Of a stretch of DNA of 64,000 nucleotides, positions 22,654-31,067 are shown piece by piece. The position numbers and the translations under genes are program-made. The first letter of the stretch is position 1. Every line of letters starts with the position of its first letter. Under the pieces are notes generated by a model. It did no database searches and was not told the DNA's origin. It was given only the letters and a program-made list of their open reading frames with translations. This stretch comes from Candidatus Latescibacterota bacterium (GTDB lineage Bacteria > Latescibacterota > UBA2968 > GCA-2709665): contig CAXXJS010000028.1 in the NCBI GenBank assembly GCA_963662665.2, forward strand, positions 1-64,000. Reading direction: 5' to 3'.

Positions 22654-23880
22654 ATGGATATGATCACCATGGACGAGGCGATTCGCATCGTCCTTCAACA
22701 TACGTCCGAAATCGACCGGACAAGCGTCCACCTGATGGACGCCCTGGGATGCACGCTCGCCGAGGACGTGCGGTCCGACATTGACATGCCGCCGTTCGAC
22801 AAAGCCACCATGGACGGTTACGCGGTGGTCGGTTCGGACGTTGAGGGCGCAGGACAGGAAAATCCGGCCGTTCTCGACGTGATCGAAGAGATTCCGGCGG
22901 GGTCGGTGCCTGAAAAAACGGTTTCTCACGGTAAGGCCGCGCGAATTATGACGGGAGCGCCGATGCCGGACGGCGCGGACACGGTGGTGATGGTGGAAGA
23001 AACCGTTTCGGAGCGGGGAGGGGATGGTGTGAGGGTGCTGGCGCCAACGGCGCCGGGACGCAACGTGGTGCCTCTCGGAGAAGACGTGAAGCGCAATCAG
23101 GTGGTACTTGAAGCCGGCACGGGTATCCGGCCGCCGGAAATCGGTATCCTCGCGGCGGTGGGCGTGGTCGGCGTACCCGTCTACAGGCGGCCGGTCATCG
23201 GGGTCGCGGCAACGGGCAGCGAGATCGTTGAGCCCGGGAACGACCCGGCAGCCGGACAGATACGGAACAGCAACGGGTATTCCATGATGGCGCAGGCGCT
23301 GCGGTCCGGAGCAGAGACTCGGTATCTGGGCATCGTGGAAGACGACGAATCCGCCCTGAATTCGGTGATTTCACGCGGCCTTGAAGAATGCGACGTGGTG
23401 CTACTTTCCGGGGGCGTATCGGCCGGTATTTATGATCTGGTCCAGGGTGCCATGCGCGACTGCGGCGTGGAGATCTACTTCGATCGGATTCGCATGAAGC
23501 CGGGAAAACCGCTCACCTTCGGTGCGCGTGGGAAGAAACTCGTCTTCGGGTTGCCGGGCAATCCGGTCTCGGCGGTGGTGGGCCTGGAACTGCTGGTCCG
23601 TCCGGCGGTCCGGAAGATGCAGCAGATAGCCGAGGTCCATCGGCCGATGGTCCGGGGCAAACTGGCGCAGTCGTTTCGGCAGGCGCCCGGGCGCAAGCAG
23701 TTCGTTCCGGCCCGGTCCAATGAAGTCAACGGATGCTGGGAGAGCCTCTGGGTGGGTCACCACGGATCGGCCGACCTGTTTTCGCTTTCACGGGCGAACA
23801 GCCTCTTCGTGGTCGAGGCCGAGGTGGAAGCGCTCGACGCGGGAGCGGAAGTGGACATCGTGTTGCTGGAAGAGTGGTAG
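22654..23880 (+). CDS. moeA: Molybdopterin molybdotransferase MoeA
   Basis: PPFDKATMDGYA, IMTGAPMPDGAD, SGGVSAG, MKPGKP, GLPGNPVS. Confidence 0.96.
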   Translation: MDMITMDEAIRIVLQHTSEIDRTSVHLMDALGCTLAEDVRSDIDMPPFDKATMDGYAVVGSDVEGAGQENPAVLDVIEEIPAGSVPEKTVSHGKAARIMTGAPMPDGADTVVMVEETVSERGGDGVRVLAPTAPGRNVVPLGEDVKRNQVVLEAGTGIRPPEIGILAAVGVVGVPVYRRPVIGVAATGSEIVEPGNDPAAGQIRNSNGYSMMAQALRSGAETRYLGIVEDDESALNSVISRGLEECDVVLLSGGVSAGIYDLVQGAMRDCGVEIYFDRIRMKPGKPLTFGARGKKLVFGLPGNPVSAVVGLELLVRPAVRKMQQIAEVHRPMVRGKLAQSFRQAPGRKQFVPARSNEVNGCWESLWVGHHGSADLFSLSRANSLFVVEAEVEALDAGAEVDIVLLEEW

Positions 23881-23952
23881 AAATACACGACACTCCTTGC
23901 GTCCCTGGCGTGGTCGGACCCAGCCTGTTTTAAAACGAACCGGACACGATGC

Positions 23953-24423
23953 ATGTCGAATCTGACCCACATTGCGGACGATGGATCCGTGAGGATGGTG
24001 GACGTCACGGAAAAGGACGTGACCGACCGCGTGGCGGTTGCGGGCGGTGAAATCGCCATGGCGCCCGATACGGCGCGGCTTGTTTCCGGGGGGGAACTGC
24101 CCAAGGGAAACGTGCTGGAAACCGCACGGATTGCGGGGATCATGGCGGCGAAACGCACCTGGGAGTTGATCCCGCTGTGCCATCCCGTCGATCCAACGGG
24201 TATCGAACTGAGCTTCGAGGTGGAACAGGACCGTATCGAAGTTGAAGCCAGTGTGCGCGTGACGGGCAAGACCGGTGTGGAAATGGAGGCGCTGACCGCC
24301 GTCAGCGCGGCGTTGTTAACCGTCTACGATATGTGCAAAGCGGTGGACAGGGACATGGAAATCCGGAACATCCGCCTGCTGAGAAAAACCGGCGGCCGCA
24401 GCGGGGATTACATTCGGACGTAG
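23953..24423 (+). CDS. moaC: Cyclic pyranopterin monophosphate synthase MoaC
   Basis: LTH...MVDV, AGIMAAKRT..LIPLCHP, TGVEMEAL, YDMCKA. Confidence 0.98.
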   Translation: MSNLTHIADDGSVRMVDVTEKDVTDRVAVAGGEIAMAPDTARLVSGGELPKGNVLETARIAGIMAAKRTWELIPLCHPVDPTGIELSFEVEQDRIEVEASVRVTGKTGVEMEALTAVSAALLTVYDMCKAVDRDMEIRNIRLLRKTGGRSGDYIRT

Positions 24424-24614
24424 GTTTTGATTGAGATGATATGCCACCATTCATCCGCCGAAACGTCACGACTCGACGCGTGGTCATTGAGCTTGTCGAA
24501 ATGCCGCTCGGTTCGCTATCCTTTCAGTGACAATCGACAGCCCGTCGCGAACTAGCGCCTTGTAGGGGCGTCCCTTGTGGGCGCCCGCCTCTGGCGACGG
24601 TCCACACAGTCAAT

Positions 24615-24690
24615 GCGCCCATAGCTCAATAGGCAGAGCAGCTGACTCTTAATCAGAAGGTTCGGGGTTCGATTCCCTGTGGGCGCACCA
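24615..24690 (+). tRNA. tRNA-Lys (anticodon CTT)
   Basis: GCGCCCA/TGGGCGC acceptor stem, TAGCTCAAT..GGCAGAGC D arm, CTCTTAA anticodon loop, GGTTCGATTCC T arm, encoded CCA; 76 nt. Confidence 0.97.
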
Positions 24691-24726
24691 GATTTCGGCC
24701 GTCTCATGCGACGGCCCGATGGCGAA

Positions 24727-24764
24727 GACAAGACCCCGATGGGCAATCCCGTCGGGGTCTTGTC
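24727..24764 (+). terminator. Strong hairpin downstream of tRNA-Lys
   Basis: GACAAGACCCCGATGGG-CAAT-CCCGTCGGGGTCTTGTC. Confidence 0.65.
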
Positions 24765-24839
24765 GTGTTATCCGGAATCGTGTTCCTGGCCAACGCGGAC
24801 GTCCACGCCCCGTCATCCAAAGATGTGGTGGCAATTCCA

Positions 24840-24868
24840 TTGATATTCGGACACAAATGTCCTATTTT
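24840..24868 (+). promoter_or_regulatory. Sigma70-type promoter with an operator palindrome, directly upstream of hicB
   Basis: TTGATA-17 nt-TATTTT, with GGACA-CAAA-TGTCC in the spacer. Confidence 0.65.
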
Positions 24869-24888
24869 CAAGAGGTATGGGAACTATT

Positions 24889-25338
24889 ATGCAATTTCGC
24901 TACCCCGCCCGGTTTCATCAGGATCACTCCGGCGAGATCACTGTCTCATTCCGGGATTTTCCGGAATGTCTCACGTCCGGTTCCAACGAGTCATCTGCGC
25001 TCGTGGAGGCCCGCGACGCGCTCGAGGAAGCGGTCGCCGGCCGCATTGACGATAACGAGCCCATCCCGGCGCCCAGTCGCCGACGCGCAGGCGAGCATTA
25101 CGTTGCCGTTCCACCCGATACGGCTGCGAAGGCCGCGTTCGCCATCGCGTTCCGGGACAGCGGTCTGTCCCGTCTTGCCGTTGCTCGTCACCTCGGCGTG
25201 AACGAGAAAGTCGTGCGCCGCATGCTTGACCCCCGTCACCACACCGCCGCCAACCGCATTCACAAGGCCCTGCGGTCGCTCGGGCGGGAACTGATCGTGG
25301 AGTTCCGCGCGGCTAACGGTGTTAGAGACCTCTCCTGA
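24889..25338 (+). CDS. hicB: HicB family antitoxin with a C-terminal HTH (no hicA adjacent)
   Basis: YPARF...VSFRDFPECLTSG...ARDAL...IPAPS, followed by an HTH (LARHLGV-like, VRRMLDPRH). Confidence 0.88.
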   Translation: MQFRYPARFHQDHSGEITVSFRDFPECLTSGSNESSALVEARDALEEAVAGRIDDNEPIPAPSRRRAGEHYVAVPPDTAAKAAFAIAFRDSGLSRLAVARHLGVNEKVVRRMLDPRHHTAANRIHKALRSLGRELIVEFRAANGVRDLS

Positions 25339-25756
25339 GCTACGCCATTTACGCTAGCGCGGCTTCGTAATGCTCAGCGGCAACCAAACAGGTGGCAACG
25401 AACGGGCGAGCCCAATTGATGTTTCAATCACTCCCCCCTTGAGGGGGAGTCGCAGAAGCCGAGTCCGTCCCCTGAGCAACTCGCCCTGAGCCTGCCGAAG
25501 GGGCCGACGAAGGCTGATGCGGAGGGGGGTTTCAATGCCTTACTGTAAACAAGCAGCGTGATTTAACATCTACGCATTTTGCGTTGATATCTTACTGTAG
25601 GGTCAAAACTGGCTTGCATGTTTGAAGCCTGTTCTTTTTTTGCCCACGCGCGTTAATTATTATCGATTTGAACCGTTTTCGCTAATAAGAAACCTCCTTA
25701 TCTCCACAGGCGAAAACAAGAGAAGGCCCTCGCGTCTGCAGATTTCTCTCCAGTAT

Positions 25757-25780
25757 GGCAGGTTTGAAACGTGCCCCTAC
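25757..25780 (-). repeat. GTAG-type REP element
   Basis: Reverse complement GTAGGGGCACGTTTCAAACCTGCC; an oppositely oriented relative lies at 27959-27982. Confidence 0.6.
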
Positions 25781-25922
25781 AGTCTCCTACGGTGCACCGT
25801 TTACAATGTGAAAATCCAGTCTCTTCTATATTTCCGTTTTGTGTTATATTGTTAGCGAACTGAACGGGCAACGCGTATTGGCGTCGTCGTTTTTCGCCCG
25901 ATTGAAATCATGGAGCGTACCG

Positions 25923-26190
25923 ATGAACCACAGTGAAATCGTCAGCTTTATCTGGGGCGTCGCGGATCTGATTCGCGACAGCTTCAAGCGAGGCAAGTAC
26001 CAGGACGTCATTCTGCCTCTGACCGTATTGCGGCGTCTCGACTGCGTGCTCGCGCCGACCAAGCATCAGGTACTCAAACGCCAGGCGGAACTGATACAAC
26101 ACGACCCCTCCCCGAAATCGATGCCGATATTCAGGCTATCGAAAAGACATACTGGATATGTTGAAGAATATATCCGGCTCAACGGCCTGA
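25923..26190 (+). pseudogene. hsdM: Type I restriction-modification M subunit, internally deleted
   Basis: N-terminus MNHSEIVSFIWGVADLIRDSFKRGKYQDVILPLTVLRRLDCVL is joined to a frameshifted HsdM-like C-terminus, RPLPEIDADIQAIE/DILDMLKNISG. Confidence 0.82.
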
Positions 26191-26214
26191 GCCACCAAGA
26201 GTATCTATGGAAAC

Positions 26215-26271
26215 TGCTTTGTGTGGTCGGATGCTGGGCCCGTAAATGTGGAAATCGTCGACTATCACTAA
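26215..26271 (+). pseudogene. higB: C-terminal remnant of a HigB (RelE/ParE) toxin
   Basis: Reads CFVWSDAGPVNVEIVDYH-stop, the typical HigB end, 22 nt before higA. No in-frame N-terminus. Confidence 0.8.
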
Positions 26272-26293
26272 CGACTAACCAGAGGTGCGAAAA

Positions 26294-26608
26294 ATGGTAC
26301 GTATTCCAACCAATCGTGTCCCGACTCATCCGGGTGAGATGTTACTCGAGGAATTTCTGAATCCCATGAATTTAACACAACGTGAACTGGCCACGGCCAT
26401 TCATGTTCCTTATCAACGGGTCAACGAACTGGTAAACGGTCGACGGGGTATCACTCCGAGTACAGCCCTGCGCCTGGGGAGATATTTCAACGTGTCGGCA
26501 GCGTTCTGGCTGAATCTGCAGCTACGTTGGGATCTGTATCACGCCACGCGGTCCGAGGCAGAGGAACTGGCGGCTATTTCGCCACGTAACATTGAGCTTA
26601 GCGTATGA
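26294..26608 (+). CDS. higA: HigA family antitoxin
   Basis: PTHPGEMLLEEFL..TQRELA..QRVNELVNGRRGITPSTALRL..FWLNLQ. Confidence 0.94.
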   Translation: MVRIPTNRVPTHPGEMLLEEFLNPMNLTQRELATAIHVPYQRVNELVNGRRGITPSTALRLGRYFNVSAAFWLNLQLRWDLYHATRSEAEELAAISPRNIELSV

Positions 26609-26756
26609 CGAGAACGGCTGAACGCTCATCAATTGATGATAGAGTTGACCTCAGCCTGGAAAGAGCTACTTACCGGGAACACGTCATAAACGGTAAAAAA
26701 ACATGACGTGTGGGTTTGCGCCGCAAACGAAGCGCTGGCCGACATGAGGAGGCGAA

Positions 26757-26969
26757 ATGTTGACTCAAAGATTGAAGGTGGCTGGCCTGCTGTCGTTCGG
26801 ACCCGACGGTGTAGACGTACCTATGGAACCGCTAAACGTCCTCATCGGCCCGAACGGTTCGGGAAAGTCGAACTTCCTTGAGGCAATTGCGCTATTGAAG
26901 GTCGCACCAACTGGCATAACGGATCCAATCTCGCGCACGGGGGGCGTTCAGTGCTGGAAAGATCAATGA
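26757..26969 (+). pseudogene. N-terminal fragment of an AAA/ABC-type ATPase
   Basis: LLSFG..LNVLIGPNGSGKSNFLEAI, then truncation after about 65 aa. Good AGGAGG SD. Confidence 0.8.
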
Positions 26970-27454
26970 CATCCGGATCCTCCGGTTTCCCGGTTTCCGC
27001 CGTGAGGGGCGTGGCCTCGGTCGCGCTACTGCTCGGCCTGCTTGCCGCGACCGGCTGTCGTGAATCGACGCTCGATCCGGGTGTCCCCGAAACCAACGTG
27101 GTAGTCGCCGACGGCCGCGACCGGGGAGACGACCCCTGGGTCGTGAACTCGGCCGCCATCGACGGACACCGGTTGACCATCGAAGTCTCGTTCGCCGGAG
27201 GCTGCCGGAGGCACGACTTCACGCTGGTAATCTCGAAATCGTTCATGGAGTCGGATCCGGTGCAACTTCAGGCCGTGCTCGCCCATAATGCGAACGGCGA
27301 TCTCTGCGAGGCATGGCTGACCGAGTCCCACGTCTTCGACCTCGCCCTGGTGAGGACGCGCTATCAGCAGTTCTACGGACCCGGTCCGGGCAAGGTCGTC
27401 CTTCGAATCGAGGGTGTGTCAGGCGCCGATCTCTTGTACGAATTCGACGGATAG
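26966..27454 (+). CDS. Lipoprotein, possibly with a NigD-like C-terminal domain
   Basis: Lipobox LAATGC; GGCRRHDF...HNANGDLCEA with a cysteine pair. Confidence 0.75.
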   Translation: MTSGSSGFPVSAVRGVASVALLLGLLAATGCRESTLDPGVPETNVVVADGRDRGDDPWVVNSAAIDGHRLTIEVSFAGGCRRHDFTLVISKSFMESDPVQLQAVLAHNANGDLCEAWLTESHVFDLALVRTRYQQFYGPGPGKVVLRIEGVSGADLLYEFDG

Positions 27455-27538
27455 CCACGGGCGGGTCGCTCAACTCGAAACCTGCAACTCCTGCATTCTA
27501 CCTACGAATGCGACGAGATCAGTCACATTCGTCGCGCG

Positions 27539-27817
27539 GTGATTCACCCTCACCAAATGGACAACGGATATGTTGCCTATGTTGCAACCGCTCCTTATTT
27601 TATTGAACGTCCGGAAGTGCAAATTGTCGACGGTAAGGAAGTCTGCGTGGTGAGTTGCCAGCGGAGTCCGGAACCGGTGTTTCTCTCGTGGAAGGGACTC
27701 GAAAAGGAAAACACAGGTGACTTTCTCGTGCGCAGCGGTCCGGGAACTGTGAAGCTCTCGCCCGACAGCGCCGGAGAATTCATCCGTACCCGGTTTCCGG
27801 GTTCAGGTGAAGAGTAA
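27539..27817 (+). pseudogene. Probable C-terminal fragment of a Schlafen/AlbA_2-type protein
   Basis: VDGKEVCVVSCQRSPEPVFL...FLVRSGPGTVKL..FIRTRF resembles AlbA_2 domain ends. N-terminus absent. Confidence 0.55.
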
Positions 27818-28071
27818 ACTTCGGTTTTTGCGAAGAATTCGTTATTAGCGTATTTGACCCTTGTCGCCAATAAGTGACATCCTTGTTATCACCGTCGCAA
27901 ATAACGCGCAGTTATGGCGAGGTGTATCGCTGGAAAAAAACGAACCGGGATACCGCCCGTAGGGGATGGTTTCAAACCTGCCCCTAACCTCCATACATCC
28001 GCGAATGCGGGGTTGAAACCTCCGCTGCCGATATGTATTGTTTATCCACGTCTCGATGAAAGGGCAATACG

Positions 28072-28269
28072 TTGAGCGCAAGGCGTAAAGCTGCAGCTCA
28101 TCGACGGCGCGAGGAACAGCAGCGTTCTCGCACATTCGAGTCGGTAGCGGATCTGGAGACGTTCTTTCGTGCGTGCGACGCGCTGGAGGGTCCCCAGCGG
28201 GAACCCGATTGGCATGAGCACCTGGCGGTCATCGATAAATCCCGCAGGAGGGGTACATCCAGCACGTGA
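28072..28269 (+). pseudogene. Degenerate small antitoxin-like (RHH/VapB-type) gene
   Basis: TLSAxxxAAA...FESVADLETFFRACDALEGPQREPDWHEHL recalled as an antitoxin-like C-terminus; in-frame stop just upstream. Confidence 0.4.
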
Positions 28270-28316
28270 TTATTCGTTTTCCGACATAACCCAAACCGGA
28301 GATTGCAAGCGTCGCG

Positions 28317-29681
28317 ATGTCAAATTTAAAACGCATTGAATCGTGTTCCCTCGACCGCATCAGGAGGATGAGAGACCTGGTCAGGAGGGAGACCGAGAAG
28401 ATTGACCGCCGGTTGGCCGAGGAAGAGGACAAGATCGGCCGTATGGCCGGAAGAGCGGACACGGTCGCCCTGAGCAAGAGGCATGGCCGCTACGAACTGG
28501 ATCTGGACAAGGCCGATTCGCGAATTTCAACGCTGAACGAGGAAAGGCAGGAGCTGGAGGACAAGGCCAGGATCATCGAGCAGGCCTTCCAGAAGAAACA
28601 TCTGATGGATAGGCAAGCCAGTGTACTGGGCAGCGTCCGGAGGGTTTACGCGAAGGACATCGTCATCTTCTTTCTCATTCTGTTTCTGATCTCGATCCTT
28701 GTCGTGGACCTTCTCGGCATCGGCGCCAGCGGAAGCGGCGCGACGGCAACGGCTGAAGTGGAAAAAGGGAAGATCAGCAAAATCACCATTTCGAAAGCGG
28801 GCGCAGGGTATGAACGCGTGAACATTCACATAGTGGATACGGCCGGGTCCGGCGCACTCGTTTCCGGGCACGTGACCGGAGGAAAATTGACGGGGGTGGA
28901 CATTGTAGACCGCGGGGGAAAATACAAAAAACCGGTTGTGGAAGTACACCCCCATTTCTCGGTCGGCACGTTGTGGATCCTCTGGATCATCGACGTGGTG
29001 TGCTGCACCATTTTCATGGCCAATTTCGTCTTCGAACACAAGCTTGCCGATTCCAAAAAGTGGTATTGGAAGAATAACTGGATCGACTTCATCACGTCCA
29101 TTCCGCTTCCCCCGGTGCAGGTCATCGCGGTTTCCGGCGACATCGGCGTCGTACGCCTGGGTCGGCTCCTGCGTGCCGTGCGGATTTTGCGGGCACTCAG
29201 ATTACTGCGCATCGGACTGTTTTTCTGGCGGGGCATGGACCACCTCAGCACAACGCTGGACGTGCGGCTTCTCAAGCGGTCCCTCCTCTATGGCCTGTTG
29301 TCGCTGGTTTTCGGCGCGTGCGTTTTCATGGGCTTGGAACACATGGAGTCCGGTTCCGGATTCTGGGAGAGCCTCTGGTGGAGCTTCACAACGCTTGTCA
29401 CCGGCGGCTACGCCGACATCCACAACCCCGAGACCGCCTCCGGAAGAATCCTCACGGTTTTTCTGGTGATTACCGGAATGGTTCTGGTGGGCGTCTTCAC
29501 CGCGACGCTGACGAGTATTCTCGTCAAGGAAGAGGACTCCATACAGGCCGAGGAACTTGAAGAACAGGTCGGTATGGTCACGAAAATTCAGGAAGAAATG
29601 AACAACGCCAACGAACGCCTGGACAGGCTGGAAGGCAGCATCCGCGAAATCCGGGACGCTGTCAAGGGCCGGGAGAATTAG
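28317..29681 (+). CDS. Voltage-sensor-type 6-TM cation (K+-like) channel with an inserted beta-repeat domain
   Basis: S3 NWIDFITSIP, Arg-rich S4 RLGRLLRAVRILRALRLLR, pore SLWWSFTTLVTGGYAD, N- and C-terminal coiled coils. Confidence 0.88.
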   Translation: MSNLKRIESCSLDRIRRMRDLVRRETEKIDRRLAEEEDKIGRMAGRADTVALSKRHGRYELDLDKADSRISTLNEERQELEDKARIIEQAFQKKHLMDRQASVLGSVRRVYAKDIVIFFLILFLISILVVDLLGIGASGSGATATAEVEKGKISKITISKAGAGYERVNIHIVDTAGSGALVSGHVTGGKLTGVDIVDRGGKYKKPVVEVHPHFSVGTLWILWIIDVVCCTIFMANFVFEHKLADSKKWYWKNNWIDFITSIPLPPVQVIAVSGDIGVVRLGRLLRAVRILRALRLLRIGLFFWRGMDHLSTTLDVRLLKRSLLYGLLSLVFGACVFMGLEHMESGSGFWESLWWSFTTLVTGGYADIHNPETASGRILTVFLVITGMVLVGVFTATLTSILVKEEDSIQAEELEEQVGMVTKIQEEMNNANERLDRLEGSIREIRDAVKGREN

Positions 29682-29684
29682 CCG

Positions 29685-30965
29685 ATCTCGCCATCCAGGA
29701 AGCACGATCCCTACGCGGCCTTCCGCATTCAAAACTACCGGCGTTACATTCTGGGCTGGTTTTTCGCCATTGTGGGCAACCAGATCCAGAGCATCGCGAT
29801 CGGCTGGGAGATCTACCAGCGCACGGGCCAGGCGCTCTCCCTGGGCCTGGTCGGGCTAGCCCAGGCCCTGCCAGCCATCCTGCTCGCCCTGCCCGCTGGC
29901 TTCCTGGCGGACAGATTCGATCGCCGCAGGGTGGTCATCTTCAGCATGCTGGGCACAACTCTGACGTCGCTGGCGCTCCTCGCACTCTCCATTGCGAAGG
30001 GGCCCATTCTCGTGATGTACGCGTTGCTGGCGCTGGACGCCACGGCCACGTGCCTGGGCCGCCCTGCCCGGACGGCCCTTGTGCCTCTGCTGGTCCCCCG
30101 CGACGTCTTCCCAATCGCCGTTACATGGAACACCAGCCTGATGCAGATGGCATGGGTCGTCGGCCCTGCCCTGGGCGGCTTTGTGGTCATGTTCAGCGTT
30201 CCAGCCGCCTACGCGCTCAGCGCGGCGAGCACACTGGTTTTCGTGATTCTGCTCACGCGGGTGGGTTTCCGGTCTGAGCCCGAAAAAGCGGAACCCGCTT
30301 CACTCACGACCGTGCTGGCAGGCATCCGCTACGTCTGGCGCACCCGCCTGATTTTTTCTCTGATGGCGCTGGATATGTTGGCCGTGCTGCTTGGCGGCGC
30401 CGTCTACCTGTTGCCCATCTATGCGGAGGACATTCTCCACGTCGGTCCCCAGGGCTTCGGCTGGCTTCGCGCTGCCCCGGGCGTCGGCGCCTTCTGCATG
30501 GCCATCCTCCTGGCCTACCTGCCGCCGATGCGGCGAGCGGGCCGAAACCTGCTGCTGGCCGTGGCCGGATTCGGCGCGGCCACCATCGTATTCGGCTTCT
30601 CTCAATCGTTCTGGCTCTCGCTGGCGATGCTTTTCCTCACCGGCGTTTTCGACAACGTCAGCATGGTCGTTCGACACACACTCGTCCAGCTGCTCACCAC
30701 CAACCGGATGCGCGGCCGTGTGCTGGCTGTCAACTACGTATTTATCGGCGCATCCAATGAATTAGGGGGGCTGGAATCCGGCCTGGTGGCCCACTGGTAC
30801 GGGCCGGTCGTGTCTGTGGTCAGCGGCGGCATCGGGACCGTCCTCGTGGTTCTCGGCACCGCAGCCGGCGCTCCCGGCCTTCGTCGCTTCGGCGCCCTCC
30901 ACGAAGCCCGGCCGGAGGAAGAGGACGAAGCAACGGGAGAACACGACCGGAAGGCGGAACCCTGA
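29685..30965 (+). CDS. MFS transporter (EntS/DHA3-like); start codon non-canonical or uncertain
   Basis: GFLADRFDRRRV motif A, GASNELGGLESG. The conserved N-terminal HDPYAAFR..NYRRY lies upstream of the first GTG (29772). Confidence 0.88.
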   Translation: MSPSRKHDPYAAFRIQNYRRYILGWFFAIVGNQIQSIAIGWEIYQRTGQALSLGLVGLAQALPAILLALPAGFLADRFDRRRVVIFSMLGTTLTSLALLALSIAKGPILVMYALLALDATATCLGRPARTALVPLLVPRDVFPIAVTWNTSLMQMAWVVGPALGGFVVMFSVPAAYALSAASTLVFVILLTRVGFRSEPEKAEPASLTTVLAGIRYVWRTRLIFSLMALDMLAVLLGGAVYLLPIYAEDILHVGPQGFGWLRAAPGVGAFCMAILLAYLPPMRRAGRNLLLAVAGFGAATIVFGFSQSFWLSLAMLFLTGVFDNVSMVVRHTLVQLLTTNRMRGRVLAVNYVFIGASNELGGLESGLVAHWYGPVVSVVSGGIGTVLVVLGTAAGAPGLRRFGALHEARPEEEDEATGEHDRKAEP

Positions 30966-31067
30966 AGACCTGGTTCGTGTTCAAAGATGTGGACGTACGC
31001 CAGACAAGACATCCGAGGTTTTGTGAATCCCATCTTCTTCGCGACTAAACCCTCTCCGTCGGTCCCC

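Noticed and set aside
25839-26360. 173-aa ORF as an intact gene
   Set aside because: A chimeric read-through: only the HsdM N-terminal part is meaningful, and the rest is out of frame with the hsdM and higB remnants.
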